A stretch of DNA of 64,000 nt from Verrucomicrobiota bacterium (GCA_003218395.1 QHNJ01000163.1:1676-65675), one strand, 5' to 3'. Shown: positions 54,624-63,966, counted from the first letter of the stretch. Program-made: numbers and translations. Notes: generated from the sequence alone by a model not told the origin.

Positions 54624-57347
54624 ATGATCGGGATTTCGCAGTCGCTCGAAGACATCGCGTGGATCCCCCGACCGCGTCTGCTGGCGCTGAGACGGCTCGG
54701 TATCGGTACCGTGGAGGATTTGCTTACGCATTTTCCGCGCCGTCATGAGGATCGAACCGAGTTCCCGCATTTTCCACGCGAAGAAAGCGACGTTCCAATT
54801 TGTCTTTGCGGTGAAGTGATTAAAACGTCGCTGCGCCGTTTTGGCGGCTGGAAGAAGATCTTCGAAGCAACACTGCAAGAATCGCAGCCGAACGCGCTGA
54901 GTGAACCACTGGTGTGCCGTTGGTTCAATCTGCATTACGTGCAGAAGATGATCGCAACCGGGCAACGCCTGGTTGTGTTTGGCAGGCCGCGCCTGCGGGG
55001 CAAGAGAATTTGCATGGATCATCCGGAGTTCGAGGTCATCGAGAATGATAAAGAAATTTCGATCCATTTTCGGCGCATCACACCGATTTATCCAGCGACG
55101 GAAGGTCTTTCACAGCGCGTCTTGCGCAGCATTATTTACCGAGCGTTGAATGAAATTTCAGGCGCAGTATTGGAAACAATTGCGCCGAGGGGTTTGGTTC
55201 ATGGCACGCGGCGTGACGCGATCCGCGCGATCCATTTTCCGGAAAGCTGGGAAGCGCGTGATACTGCCCGGGAGCATCTGGTGCTCTCGGAATTTTTTGC
55301 GATGCAAATGCTGATCGCATCGCGACGCTCCGACGCATCCATCCGCGTCGGGTACGCGCACTGTGGAAATGGCGCGTTGCTCGACAAATTTCTTAAGGCG
55401 CTACCGTTCGAGTTAACCAGCGCGCAGTCCAAAGTGATTACGGAAATTCGGCGCGATCTCGCGGCACGCCAACCGATGAACCGTTTGTTGCAGGGAGACG
55501 TTGGCTCGGGAAAAACGGTCGTTGCCATAGCAGCGATGCTTCTTGCGATTGAAGCTGGATATCAGGCCGCGTTTATGGCGCCCACGCAAATTCTGGCGGA
55601 ACAGCATTATGATGTGCTGCGGCGCTGGCTCGAGCCGCTGGGGTTGTGCATCGCGCTGCGAACGGCCGCGCGTCAGGAAGACAACGCACCATTGCCTCTA
55701 TTCGTACTCAGCAAAACGCAACGCGCAAAGATTCCGGGGAGCACGCGCGTCTCGCGTGTTGGCGACGGCGTCGCGCCGTCGCGGACTTTTCCTGAAACAC
55801 AATCAGGCGAGGGGGCTGCGTATTCTCGCCGTCGGCTACCACATTTCGAAAAACCTTGGGCAATTTATGCGGTGAAGATCAGCACGAAGTCGCGGCGTTG
55901 TTTGTCACCAATCACGCGCACCATCGTTCTCGACGCGCTCCGACATTTTCATAACAAACGCTACGAATTGTTCGCGGCGTGCGTGATGCCTGATCATGTG
56001 CATTTTCTTATCCAGCCATGGCCGAAAGAAAGTGATGACGCGGGAAACGCAACATTCTGGCCGCTGAGCGAGCTGATCCACTCGATAAAATCATTTTCGG
56101 CTCACGAAATTAACGAGATCGACAAAAAGAAGGGGGCAGTTTGGGAACGCGAAAGATTTGATCGTTATGTGCGATCGGATCGCGATCTCCAGGAGAAGTT
56201 CCATTACATTCTTCGAAATCCATGGGATTCTGGAGTGGCACAGCAGAATGAGGATTATCCGTGGGTCTGGACGCAGGATGACGAGCGCCGCGAGGAAAGC
56301 TTGTTTCGGGGCGACGCCGAAATCAGCACGCGGGACGCGAGCGCTACCCAATCCGGAGCGTCGTTCGGGACGAACGACCCACAAATCGTCGTCGGCACGC
56401 ATGCGTTGCTGTACGAGAATCTTTCGTTCTCCAATCTCGGGCTCGTTGTTATCGACGAGCAGCATAAGTTCGGCGTTGCTCAACGCGCCCGATTAACCAC
56501 CCGCGAGCCGGCGCCTGACGTCCTCGTGATGACCGCCACGCCAATCCCGCGCACACTGACAATGACCATCTACGGCGATCTTGATGTTTCCGTTATCGAT
56601 GAGATGCCGCGCAACCGCGGGAAAATAATTACCGCCGTGCACGAAACGTCTAAGCTCGGCGAAGTCCTCAGTTTTTTGCGAGCACAACTGGAAGCGGGCC
56701 GCCAGCTCTACGTGATTTATCCGCTAATCGATGAAACCGAAAAACTGGACGTGAAAGCGGCGTCGGTGGAGTACGAGTTGTGGCGGGAGCGATTGCACCC
56801 GTATCGCTGCGAATTACTTCACGGCCGGATTCCGGCGCCGGAAAAACAGGAAATCATGGAACGGTTTCGACGCGGCGAGACAAATGCTTTGATCAGCACT
56901 ACGGTAATCGAAGTCGGTGTCGATGTCCCCAACGCGACCGTAATGCTGGTCGAAAACGCCGAGCGTTTCGGGTTGGCGCAACTCCATCAGCTTCGCGGCC
57001 GGATAGGTCGCGGTGGGCACAAGTCGTACTGCATTTTGTTAACATCCGACACTTCTAAGGAAACATCAGGAAAGCTCACTGTATTGGAAAAAACAAGCAA
57101 CGGTTTCGAAGTGGCGGAGGCTGATTGGGATTTACGCGGGCCGGGCGATTTGCTGGGCACAGCGCAAAGCGGCTTGCCAGTGCTGAAGATCGGCGACTTA
57201 AAAACCGACGCACATTTGATGCGACGAGCGCGCGCGACGGCGGTGTCGATCTTCGCGGCGGATCCGCGTCTAGAACTGCCTGAGAATCAACGTTTCCGGC
57301 GTTTAATTGTCGAACAACAGGGACGAACTTTTTCCAACGTTAGCTGA
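54624..57347 (+). CDS. recG: ATP-dependent DNA helicase RecG containing an in-frame RAYT (HUH Y1 transposase) insertion of about 200 aa
   Basis: Wedge/OB N-terminus. Motif I GDVGSGKT (nt 55494-). Motif II VIDEQH (nt 56449-). Then MTATPIPRTL, ...TTVIEVGVDVPNAT, ...QLHQLRGRIGRG and the TRG region. Motifs I and II are about 313 aa apart. Confidence 0.88.
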   Translation: MIGISQSLEDIAWIPRPRLLALRRLGIGTVEDLLTHFPRRHEDRTEFPHFPREESDVPICLCGEVIKTSLRRFGGWKKIFEATLQESQPNALSEPLVCRWFNLHYVQKMIATGQRLVVFGRPRLRGKRICMDHPEFEVIENDKEISIHFRRITPIYPATEGLSQRVLRSIIYRALNEISGAVLETIAPRGLVHGTRRDAIRAIHFPESWEARDTAREHLVLSEFFAMQMLIASRRSDASIRVGYAHCGNGALLDKFLKALPFELTSAQSKVITEIRRDLAARQPMNRLLQGDVGSGKTVVAIAAMLLAIEAGYQAAFMAPTQILAEQHYDVLRRWLEPLGLCIALRTAARQEDNAPLPLFVLSKTQRAKIPGSTRVSRVGDGVAPSRTFPETQSGEGAAYSRRRLPHFEKPWAIYAVKISTKSRRCLSPITRTIVLDALRHFHNKRYELFAACVMPDHVHFLIQPWPKESDDAGNATFWPLSELIHSIKSFSAHEINEIDKKKGAVWERERFDRYVRSDRDLQEKFHYILRNPWDSGVAQQNEDYPWVWTQDDERREESLFRGDAEISTRDASATQSGASFGTNDPQIVVGTHALLYENLSFSNLGLVVIDEQHKFGVAQRARLTTREPAPDVLVMTATPIPRTLTMTIYGDLDVSVIDEMPRNRGKIITAVHETSKLGEVLSFLRAQLEAGRQLYVIYPLIDETEKLDVKAASVEYELWRERLHPYRCELLHGRIPAPEKQEIMERFRRGETNALISTTVIEVGVDVPNATVMLVENAERFGLAQLHQLRGRIGRGGHKSYCILLTSDTSKETSGKLTVLEKTSNGFEVAEADWDLRGPGDLLGTAQSGLPVLKIGDLKTDAHLMRRARATAVSIFAADPRLELPENQRFRRLIVEQQGRTFSNVS
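55738..56348 (+). mobile_element. REPtron-like unit (RAYT with intact HUH and Tyr motifs, flanked by inverted GC-hairpin repeats) embedded in frame in recG
   Basis: RRRLPHFEKPWAIYAV...CVMPDHVHFLIQP...VWERERFDRYVRSDRDLQEKFHYILRNPWDSGV...DYPWVW. The flanking repeats are GGAGCACGCGCGTCTCGCGTGTTG (55738-55761) and CAGCACGCGGGACGCGAGCGCTACC (56324-56348). They match 18/23 as reverse complements. The right unit reads GGTAGC+hairpin on the minus strand. Confidence 0.72.
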
Positions 57348-58867
57348 TGAAAAACCTCGCCAAGTTTCTACTTTTTGTGCTGCTTGTAAGCGCGGGAATT
57401 TCGCTGCTCTACGATTACCGCCTCAAACGTGGGAACTTGGATTTGCTCCCGCGGCGGGCATCGGAAAATTACACGTTCGCTTCCGAGGCGGCAATCAATC
57501 CAAAACAAGTTGCGTCGCTAGAAGCATTGAATCAAGAACGGCGCGCGCTGGTGAAGAGCGTGATTCCTTCGGTAGTAGCGGTGAAGACCTCCAAGAAGAT
57601 CGGGATTCGCCGGCAGTACGGGCTCGATCCATTCGAGTTTTTCTTCGGCAACCCGAGGGGCCAGTTTCGCAGCCCGCGCGAGGAGGCGCTAGTGCAAAAT
57701 TCGCTTGGCTCCGGGGTGATCGTTACCAATGAGGGACACATCATCACCAACAACCACGTAGTCGATCAGGTGGACGAGATCGAGGTGCAATTGAGCGATG
57801 GCCGCACGAAGAAAGCGTTGTTGGTAGGCGCGGATTCTCAGATCGATTTGGCTGTGCTCAAGATCGATGATCCCGGTGTTAAGCCGCTCAAGCTGGCTGA
57901 TTCCGATACCGTGCAGGCCGGCGATTTTGTTCTCGCCATCGGGAATCCATTTGGATTCGAGGAGACCGTGACCGATGGGATCATTAGCTCAAAGGGCCGG
58001 CCGGGTCGCTCCGATTATTTCGGTGATCTCCTGCAGACGAACGCGGCGATCAATCCAGGCAACAGCGGCGGGCCGTTGATCAATTTGCGCGGTGAAGTTA
58101 TCGGTATTAATACTGCGATCGCCTCTACCACTGGCGGCTCGCAAGGGGTCGGCTTTGCTATTCCGTCAAACACAGTTCGCACGGCGCTTGAAAGCTTATT
58201 GAAGCAAGGGCGAATTATTCGCGGTTATCTTGGGATCCAGGCGCGTGCGGCGCAACCGGGGCAAAGAGGCGCCGATAACGAAGGCGTAGTGGTTGAGGAA
58301 ATACTTCCGGGATCTCCCGCAGCCGAGGCGCAACTGCAGCAGGGAGACGTTATTCGCAAGTTCGACGGGCGCGACGTAAAGAATTTCAATGTGCTCAGGA
58401 GTCTCGTGTCCCAGACCGAGTTAAACAAAAAAGTTGAGTTGGAAATAGAGCGCGGCGGCAAGCCGATCAAGGTGACGGCGCAGATCAGAGAACAGCCGGT
58501 TGATTATCAGACGTCTGGCACTTTGCCTCGACGATCACAGCCACAGCCGCAGGTTCCAAGCCAACCGGATCAAGAGTCGACGAGTGGTCCGTTTGCTTCG
58601 ATCCACGTGGGCGATTTAACTCCAGAAATGGCACGCGAGCTCGATCTGCCCAGCAATGTGCGAGGCGTTGTGGTTACCAATGTCGATCCTGACAGCGGTG
58701 TGGCCGAATTGCAAAAGGGCGACGTGATCGAGGAAATCAATCAGCAACCCATCGCATCAGTTTCGGACTACAACAAAATCGCCGGGTCACTGGATCCCAG
58801 TCAAGCCCAAGTCCTGTCGATTTGCCGGCATCGGATGCGTTCGTTTCTAGTCTTGCGACCGCGCTAG
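57347..58867 (+). CDS. HtrA/DegP/DegQ-family periplasmic serine protease with two PDZ domains
   Basis: N-terminal TM or signal. Catalytic triad context: GSGVIVTNEGHIITNNHVV (His), ...DLAVLKI (Asp), ...GNSGGPLINLRGEVIGINTAI (Ser). Two PDZ-like regions (GYLGIQ..., VRGVVVTNVDPDSG...GDVI). Confidence 0.9.
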   Translation: MKNLAKFLLFVLLVSAGISLLYDYRLKRGNLDLLPRRASENYTFASEAAINPKQVASLEALNQERRALVKSVIPSVVAVKTSKKIGIRRQYGLDPFEFFFGNPRGQFRSPREEALVQNSLGSGVIVTNEGHIITNNHVVDQVDEIEVQLSDGRTKKALLVGADSQIDLAVLKIDDPGVKPLKLADSDTVQAGDFVLAIGNPFGFEETVTDGIISSKGRPGRSDYFGDLLQTNAAINPGNSGGPLINLRGEVIGINTAIASTTGGSQGVGFAIPSNTVRTALESLLKQGRIIRGYLGIQARAAQPGQRGADNEGVVVEEILPGSPAAEAQLQQGDVIRKFDGRDVKNFNVLRSLVSQTELNKKVELEIERGGKPIKVTAQIREQPVDYQTSGTLPRRSQPQPQVPSQPDQESTSGPFASIHVGDLTPEMARELDLPSNVRGVVVTNVDPDSGVAELQKGDVIEEINQQPIASVSDYNKIAGSLDPSQAQVLSICRHRMRSFLVLRPR

Positions 58868-59090
58868 GTTGCATGACAGTTTGCGGGTCCTGGTTTGGGA
58901 AAATGCGATCCCAAAGGCCGAGTTTACACAAAAGTGGCAGGACACTGCCGTACTCCAAAACGTGACCGTCCTCAAAACGCGCATTACACGCTTGCGCCTT
59001 GGACTGCGGCGGTGCTCCGCCGCTTTGGATTCTCATCGGCAGCGAAGGACGCGCCGCACCGCAGCAACAAAGCCGACATGTTTGTCCACG

Positions 59091-59762
59091 TTAGCACGCG
59101 ATCGCGTGACGGCGGCAGACGCCGGAAAGCATTTCCCAAAGTGCGTCGAGAATGCCATTCACAGATGCCCTCACTGATTCGAAATTGCCATTGTCGATGT
59201 ACGCGCCGAGCAGTTTTCGCTCGGCAGCAGAATGTTCACGGTCGGCTTTGACGTGCACAGTGAAATATCGGTAATGCTCAGGATCAGTGAACCCGTAATG
59301 CTTTTTCAGCCCATCGATTTTTGATTCACAAATCGCGGGGATTTGATTCTCGTAGGCGTAAAGGGCTGCGAGACCTTCGGCTGTCGATCCTTTGCTGCAA
59401 ACCGATCGGAACGTATCGATCAAGTTTTTCGTCTCGGCTTCTTGCGCCGTATTGCAAACATCGACTTCGGAAACGCCGAGGCTTTCGGCGAATTTTAACC
59501 AAAGCTGGGGATGATTCGGTGAGCCTGCCTCCTCGTCGGTTAAATTATCGAGTAACTGTTTCCGCGTTGCTTGATCGTCGCACTTCGCATGCACCGCCGA
59601 GAGATACGTCGGAAACGCTGCGACATGGTGATAATACTGCTTCGTGTAATCCGTCAGCGCTTCCTTGCTTAACTGCCCGCGCGTCCATGCGAGATAAAAC
59701 GGGTGTTTCAACAGATGTTTCTTTGCAATGTCGTTGTCGATCTTGTCGAGATGCGTGTTCAT
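59091..59762 (-). CDS. CADD/PqqC/TenA-like heme-oxygenase-fold di-iron protein
   Basis: HPFY..W..G.LS.EAL..Y..QYYHHV.AFP.YL...; ...L.DN..DE......H..LW..FAE.LG; ...ALYAYE.Q.P; ...YF..H...D..H resembles the Chlamydia CADD family, from recollection. The ORF extends to 59813, but MNTHL at 59762 looks like the real start. Confidence 0.65.
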   Translation of the reverse strand: MNTHLDKIDNDIAKKHLLKHPFYLAWTRGQLSKEALTDYTKQYYHHVAAFPTYLSAVHAKCDDQATRKQLLDNLTDEEAGSPNHPQLWLKFAESLGVSEVDVCNTAQEAETKNLIDTFRSVCSKGSTAEGLAALYAYENQIPAICESKIDGLKKHYGFTDPEHYRYFTVHVKADREHSAAERKLLGAYIDNGNFESVRASVNGILDALWEMLSGVCRRHAIAC

Positions 59763-59941
59763 AAGATTCTTTCCAGCTAACCGAGATATAAACGCGGCTT
59801 CGCGAATCGCCAAATTTTTGTTATGTCGAGCCTCATGAATGTCGTTGGTGATAATTCGCCAAGCATTTGCGCCTTGGAATTGGCGGTGCTCCGCCGTTTT
59901 TGACTCTTACGGGGAGCCGATAGAATGGGATTTTCTTATTC

Positions 59942-62900
59942 TTGCACGTAGACGATTATAGGCATCACATGCGCGAGATCCCTCCAGAAACAGTTAGGCC
60001 GTTTGTCTTTTCCGATCCGGCCGGTAAGCGCTGGCCGCGCCTGCGGCTGGTTCTGCTTATTGCCGGCGTGCTGTTTTTTCTCGCCTTGGTGGTGTTCGTC
60101 CAAACGCTGTTTGTGACGCCTCAAATGCGGGTTCCGTTTTCGTTGCGGCAGTTAAAAGGTCAGTTGAGAGCGTTGCAAAAAGAGAACCCTGCCGGACAAG
60201 TCACGACAGCTTCGCTTCTCTGGCAGAAGTTCGGCGCGGCGCGCCAGGCTGCAAAAAAGGTGAGCAAGTCGACGCCAGCGAGGCCCCGGAAAAAATCGCC
60301 GGATAACGAAGTGCATTTGGCCTTTTATACGAACGGCGATCCGTACAGTTACACGTCGCTCCAGCAGCATGCGGCGCAGATCACGCACCTTTGCCCGGAG
60401 TGGATGACGGTGATCAACGGCATGGGCGAGTTGCAAGTCGATGGGGATTCACGCCTGCCGAAATTCGCGGCAAACAAGGGAATTGCCCTGATGCCGTTAT
60501 TGACGAACCTCGTCGGCGACACCTGGCAACCCGAAGCGGTCGAGAACCTGGCGCACGGCCCGGCCGAACGGCAAGAGCGCTTCATTCGGAATGTGCTGGC
60601 AGTCTTGCGCAATGCCAGGGCCTCGGGCGTGGTGATCGATTGGCAGCAAATCGACCCCGCCTATCGAGACGATCTGGCCTCATTCATCGATAAGTTTGCC
60701 GACGTGTTACACGATGATGAAAAGGAACTGTGGTTGTGCGTGCAGCCTGGCCAGGAGTTGGACTACATCGATTTCGATAGGCTTTCGGACAATGTCGATC
60801 GGTTTGTGGCAATGCTGTTTGACGAGACCTCCGATATCGACCCGCCCGGGCCGCTCGCCTCGCGCCCATGGTTCGAAGGCTGGCTGCACGTCTTGCTGGA
60901 AGACACTGACACCAAACAATGGATCATTGCGCTGGGCAGTTACGGATATGATTGGACGATCGGCGGGAAAAAAGCGGATTTGATCGCTTTCGCGGAGGTC
61001 ATGAGTCGCGCCAACGATGCGGAAGTAGGGACCGCGGAAGTGAAGGCGCCCAGCTACAGTCCCTATTTTTATTTTCAGGATGAGGACAAGGAGCACGCCG
61101 TCTGGTTTTTGGATGCCGTGACCTTTCTCAATGAACTGCGGGAGGTGCGTGATCAAAAGGCTGGTGGATTCGCGCTTTATCGGCTCGGCTGCGAAGACCC
61201 GGCAATTTGGGATGCGTTAAGCGTGCCGCGCGACTTGAAGATCGATAATCAAACACGGCAATCGCTCCAGTGGATCAAGGCCACCGACACAATCACGGAC
61301 GTGGGCGATGGCGAGATTGTCACCGTTGATGAGAGCCACACGGATGGCCTGCGCAATCTCGGCATTGACGCAGCTGGTTATCTTACCGCGAAATATGTGA
61401 AGTTCGCGCAATTCCCCACGCTCTATCACCAAGGGGCGGGCGGCGAGCACCAGGTGGCCATCACTTTCGATGATGGACCGGACCCACGATGGACGCCGAA
61501 GATTTTGGACATCCTTAAAGGCGCAAACGCGAAAGCCGCGTTTTTCCTCGTGGGAGCGAATGCGGAACGTTATCCGAAACTGGTACGGCGAATTGTGAAC
61601 GAAGGCCACGAGATCGGAAACCACACCTATTATCATCCGAACCTGGCGCTTTGCTGGCCGGAACACATCCGGCTTGAACTCAATGCGACACAGCTCCTCC
61701 TCGAAACAATAACCGGTCGCGCGACGGCGCTGTTTCGTCCGCCGTACGCGGCCGACACCAGCCCGTCGCAGTTAAGCGAACTGATTCCACTTCAAATCGC
61801 GGAAGACCTCAACTACCTGGTGGTGCTGGAGAGTATCGATCCCGAGGATTGGGCGAAACCAGGCGCGGACATTATTCTGCGGCGCGTGAAACAACAGCGC
61901 CGCGACGGCAACATTATCTTGTTGCACGATGCCGGGGGCGACCGGTCACAGACAGTCCAGGCGCTTCCGCGCATTTTGGAATGGCTGCACACGCGGGGCG
62001 ACACCGTCGTGCCTTTGAGCACGCTACTCGGCACGACTCGCGATGCGGTGATGCCCCCATTGGCGGAAAGCGGTCAACCGTTTGCGCGAGTGGTCAGCAG
62101 TACGGGATTCCGCGTCTATCACGCGGTCGAGGAATTTCTTTGGGCCTTCATGATTGTTGCGACTGCGCTGGTAGTGATCCGAACGCTGATTGTGGTGTGG
62201 CTGGCGTACCGATTCCGGCGACGACCGCGAGCGGAATTTGCTGAACCGGTAAGCGTCGTCATTGCGGCGTACAACGAAGGAAAAGTGATCGCCAACACGT
62301 TACGCGCGCTGTTGACCACTGATTACAAGGGAGACGTTGAGGTGATTGTAGTCGATGACGGATCGCGCGACGAAACCGCCACGGAAGTCCAGCAGATTGC
62401 AGCTGCCGATCCACGTGTGCGTTTGCTGCAGCAGCAGAATAGCGGGAAGGCCCGCGCGTTGCAGCGTGCCCTCTCCGCCGTCCGTCGGGGCATTGTCGTT
62501 TTTATCGACGCCGATACGCAATGTCAGCGCGACACGTTGCCGCGATTGCTGGAGCCCTTCGCCGATGCAGGCGTGGGCGCCGTGTCGGGTCATGCGAAAG
62601 TTGGAAACTTGCGAAGGTTCATCGCGCGTTGCCAAGCGCTGGAATACACCTGCGGGTTCAATCTTGATCGACGGGCCTACAATCGCTGGAACTGCATCAC
62701 GGTGGTGCCCGGAGCCATCAGCGCAGTCCGTAAGGAAGCGATCGACGAAGCGGGCGGCTTAAGTTTGCAAACACTCGCGGAGGACACCGATCTCTCGCTG
62801 GGCGTACGGGACGTTGCAATGTCTGTGGAAACATCGCGACATGTTGTTCAACTGGAACTATCGCGCCCTTGGCTGGTTCAGTTTGCCCAGCATCTGGTTT

Positions 62901-63212
62901 TTCCAGATCATTCTCGTCGCCGTGACGCCGATGGTAGATTTGTTTTTGCTCGCGTCGCTGCCATTCGGCGCGTGGCGCGCGGTGATGCCCTTCGTGATCA
63001 CGTTTCTTTCCATGGACGTTATTTTGGCCACGCTCGCCTGTCTTCTGGAGCGGGAACCGATCCTGCGGGCCTGGCGGATTTTGCCGATGCGCCTGATTTA
63101 CCGTCCGATGCTGAGCTATTGCATCTGGAAAGCAATCCTGCGCGCGATCAAAGGCGCGTGGGTGAGCTGGGGCAAACTGGAGCGCACCGCCAGCGTGCCG
63201 GTGCGCGTGTGA
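59942..63212 (+). pseudogene. three-domain exopolysaccharide (PNAG-like) synthase: GH18-like + CE4 polysaccharide deacetylase + GT2, with the GT2 domain broken by a deletion/frameshift at about 62799
   Basis: TM; GH18-like region (...GVVIDWQQI...); NodB/CE4 (ITFDDGPDP, HEIGNHTYYHP); GT2 (VSVVIAAYNE, VVDDGSRDET, FIDADT, TLAEDTDLSLG). The sequence then continues in frame +1 as AYGTLQCLWKHRDMLFNWNYRALGW..., with TMs to the stop at 63212. The Q(R/Q)xRW block is missing. The ATG at 59969 is an alternative start. Confidence 0.75.
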
Positions 63213-63260
63213 TTGTTGTTCTTAGTTGTGCCACTCCGTGGGATGTGACACATTGGACAC

Positions 63261-63491
63261 ATGAAAAGTGTCACGATTCGCGAATTGCACATGAATACCG
63301 GCAAGTTGGTGCGTGCATCGGCTCACGAGAATATTCTTATTACTGAACGTGGACAGGCGGTCGCCGTGCTCAAGAGTGCCAAGGCGGCCGATCTGGTCGG
63401 CAAACCTTTTCCCAAGCGTGATTTTCGCAAGATGCCCAAGGTTCCTGGCGATTCGACTGTCTATATCTCAGAGGAGCGCGATGCGCGGTGA
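63261..63491 (+). CDS. type II antitoxin (Phd/YefM-like, VapB role)
   Basis: 76 aa, MKSVTIRELHMNTGKLVRASAHENILITERGQAVAVL. A 4-nt GTGA overlap with the downstream PIN gene. Confidence 0.72.
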   Translation: MKSVTIRELHMNTGKLVRASAHENILITERGQAVAVLKSAKAADLVGKPFPKRDFRKMPKVPGDSTVYISEERDAR

Positions 63492-63919
63492 TATACCTGG
63501 ATGCCAGTTACATCGTAAAGTGTTATCTTCGCGAAGCAGGATCCGCCGAGGTGTTGAAGCTGGTCCAAAAGAGTGCCGGACGGATTACTGCACTTCATGG
63601 CCGGACGGAATTTTATTCCGCTGTGCATCGCCGTCTCCGCGAAAAGCATCTATCTTCGCGCGATGCAGCGGCTGTGTGGAAGCAATTTGAAGAAGACGAG
63701 CGCTCTGGCCTTTGGCACTGGCTTCCAGTGACCGAAAGTGTCGTTCGACGAGCGTGCAACGCATTTGAGAAGCTGGACGCCACGGTATTTCTTCGCGCCA
63801 GCGATGCACTCCATCTCGCTTGCGCCGTGGAAAATCAGTTCGCTGCGGTTTACAGCGCAGACCGAATATTGCTGGAAGCTGCGCCGTATTTTGGCCTCAA
63901 AGGGATAAGCGTCTATTGA
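63488..63919 (+). CDS. vapC: PIN-domain ribonuclease toxin (VapC-like)
   Basis: The N-terminal (M/V)IYLDASYIVK acidic residue and ...SDALHLACA..., ...VYSADR match PIN-domain conserved Asp positions. Confidence 0.78.
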   Translation: MIYLDASYIVKCYLREAGSAEVLKLVQKSAGRITALHGRTEFYSAVHRRLREKHLSSRDAAAVWKQFEEDERSGLWHWLPVTESVVRRACNAFEKLDATVFLRASDALHLACAVENQFAAVYSADRILLEAAPYFGLKGISVY

Positions 63920-63966
63920 AGGGTCACGGGTCCGAAAGTTTGCCGGTAAAATAGTGAGTGAATACG

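Noticed and set aside
55660-56380. The possibility that the recG insertion is an intein.
   Set aside because: There is no Cys/Ser/Thr at an N-extein junction with a C-terminal His-Asn, and there are no Hint-domain blocks. The insert instead matches HUH Y1 transposase motifs and has inverted-repeat DNA ends.
58869-59177. A 102-aa ORF and the antisense ORF 58737..59036, downstream of htrA.
   Set aside because: The sequence is dominated by another GC hairpin repeat (GCGGCGG-TGCT-CCGCCGC at 59005-59022 within ...GGACTGCGGCGGTGCTCCGCCGCTTTGGA...). The ORFs overlap each other and the end of the CADD-like gene, so the region is most likely non-coding repeat DNA.
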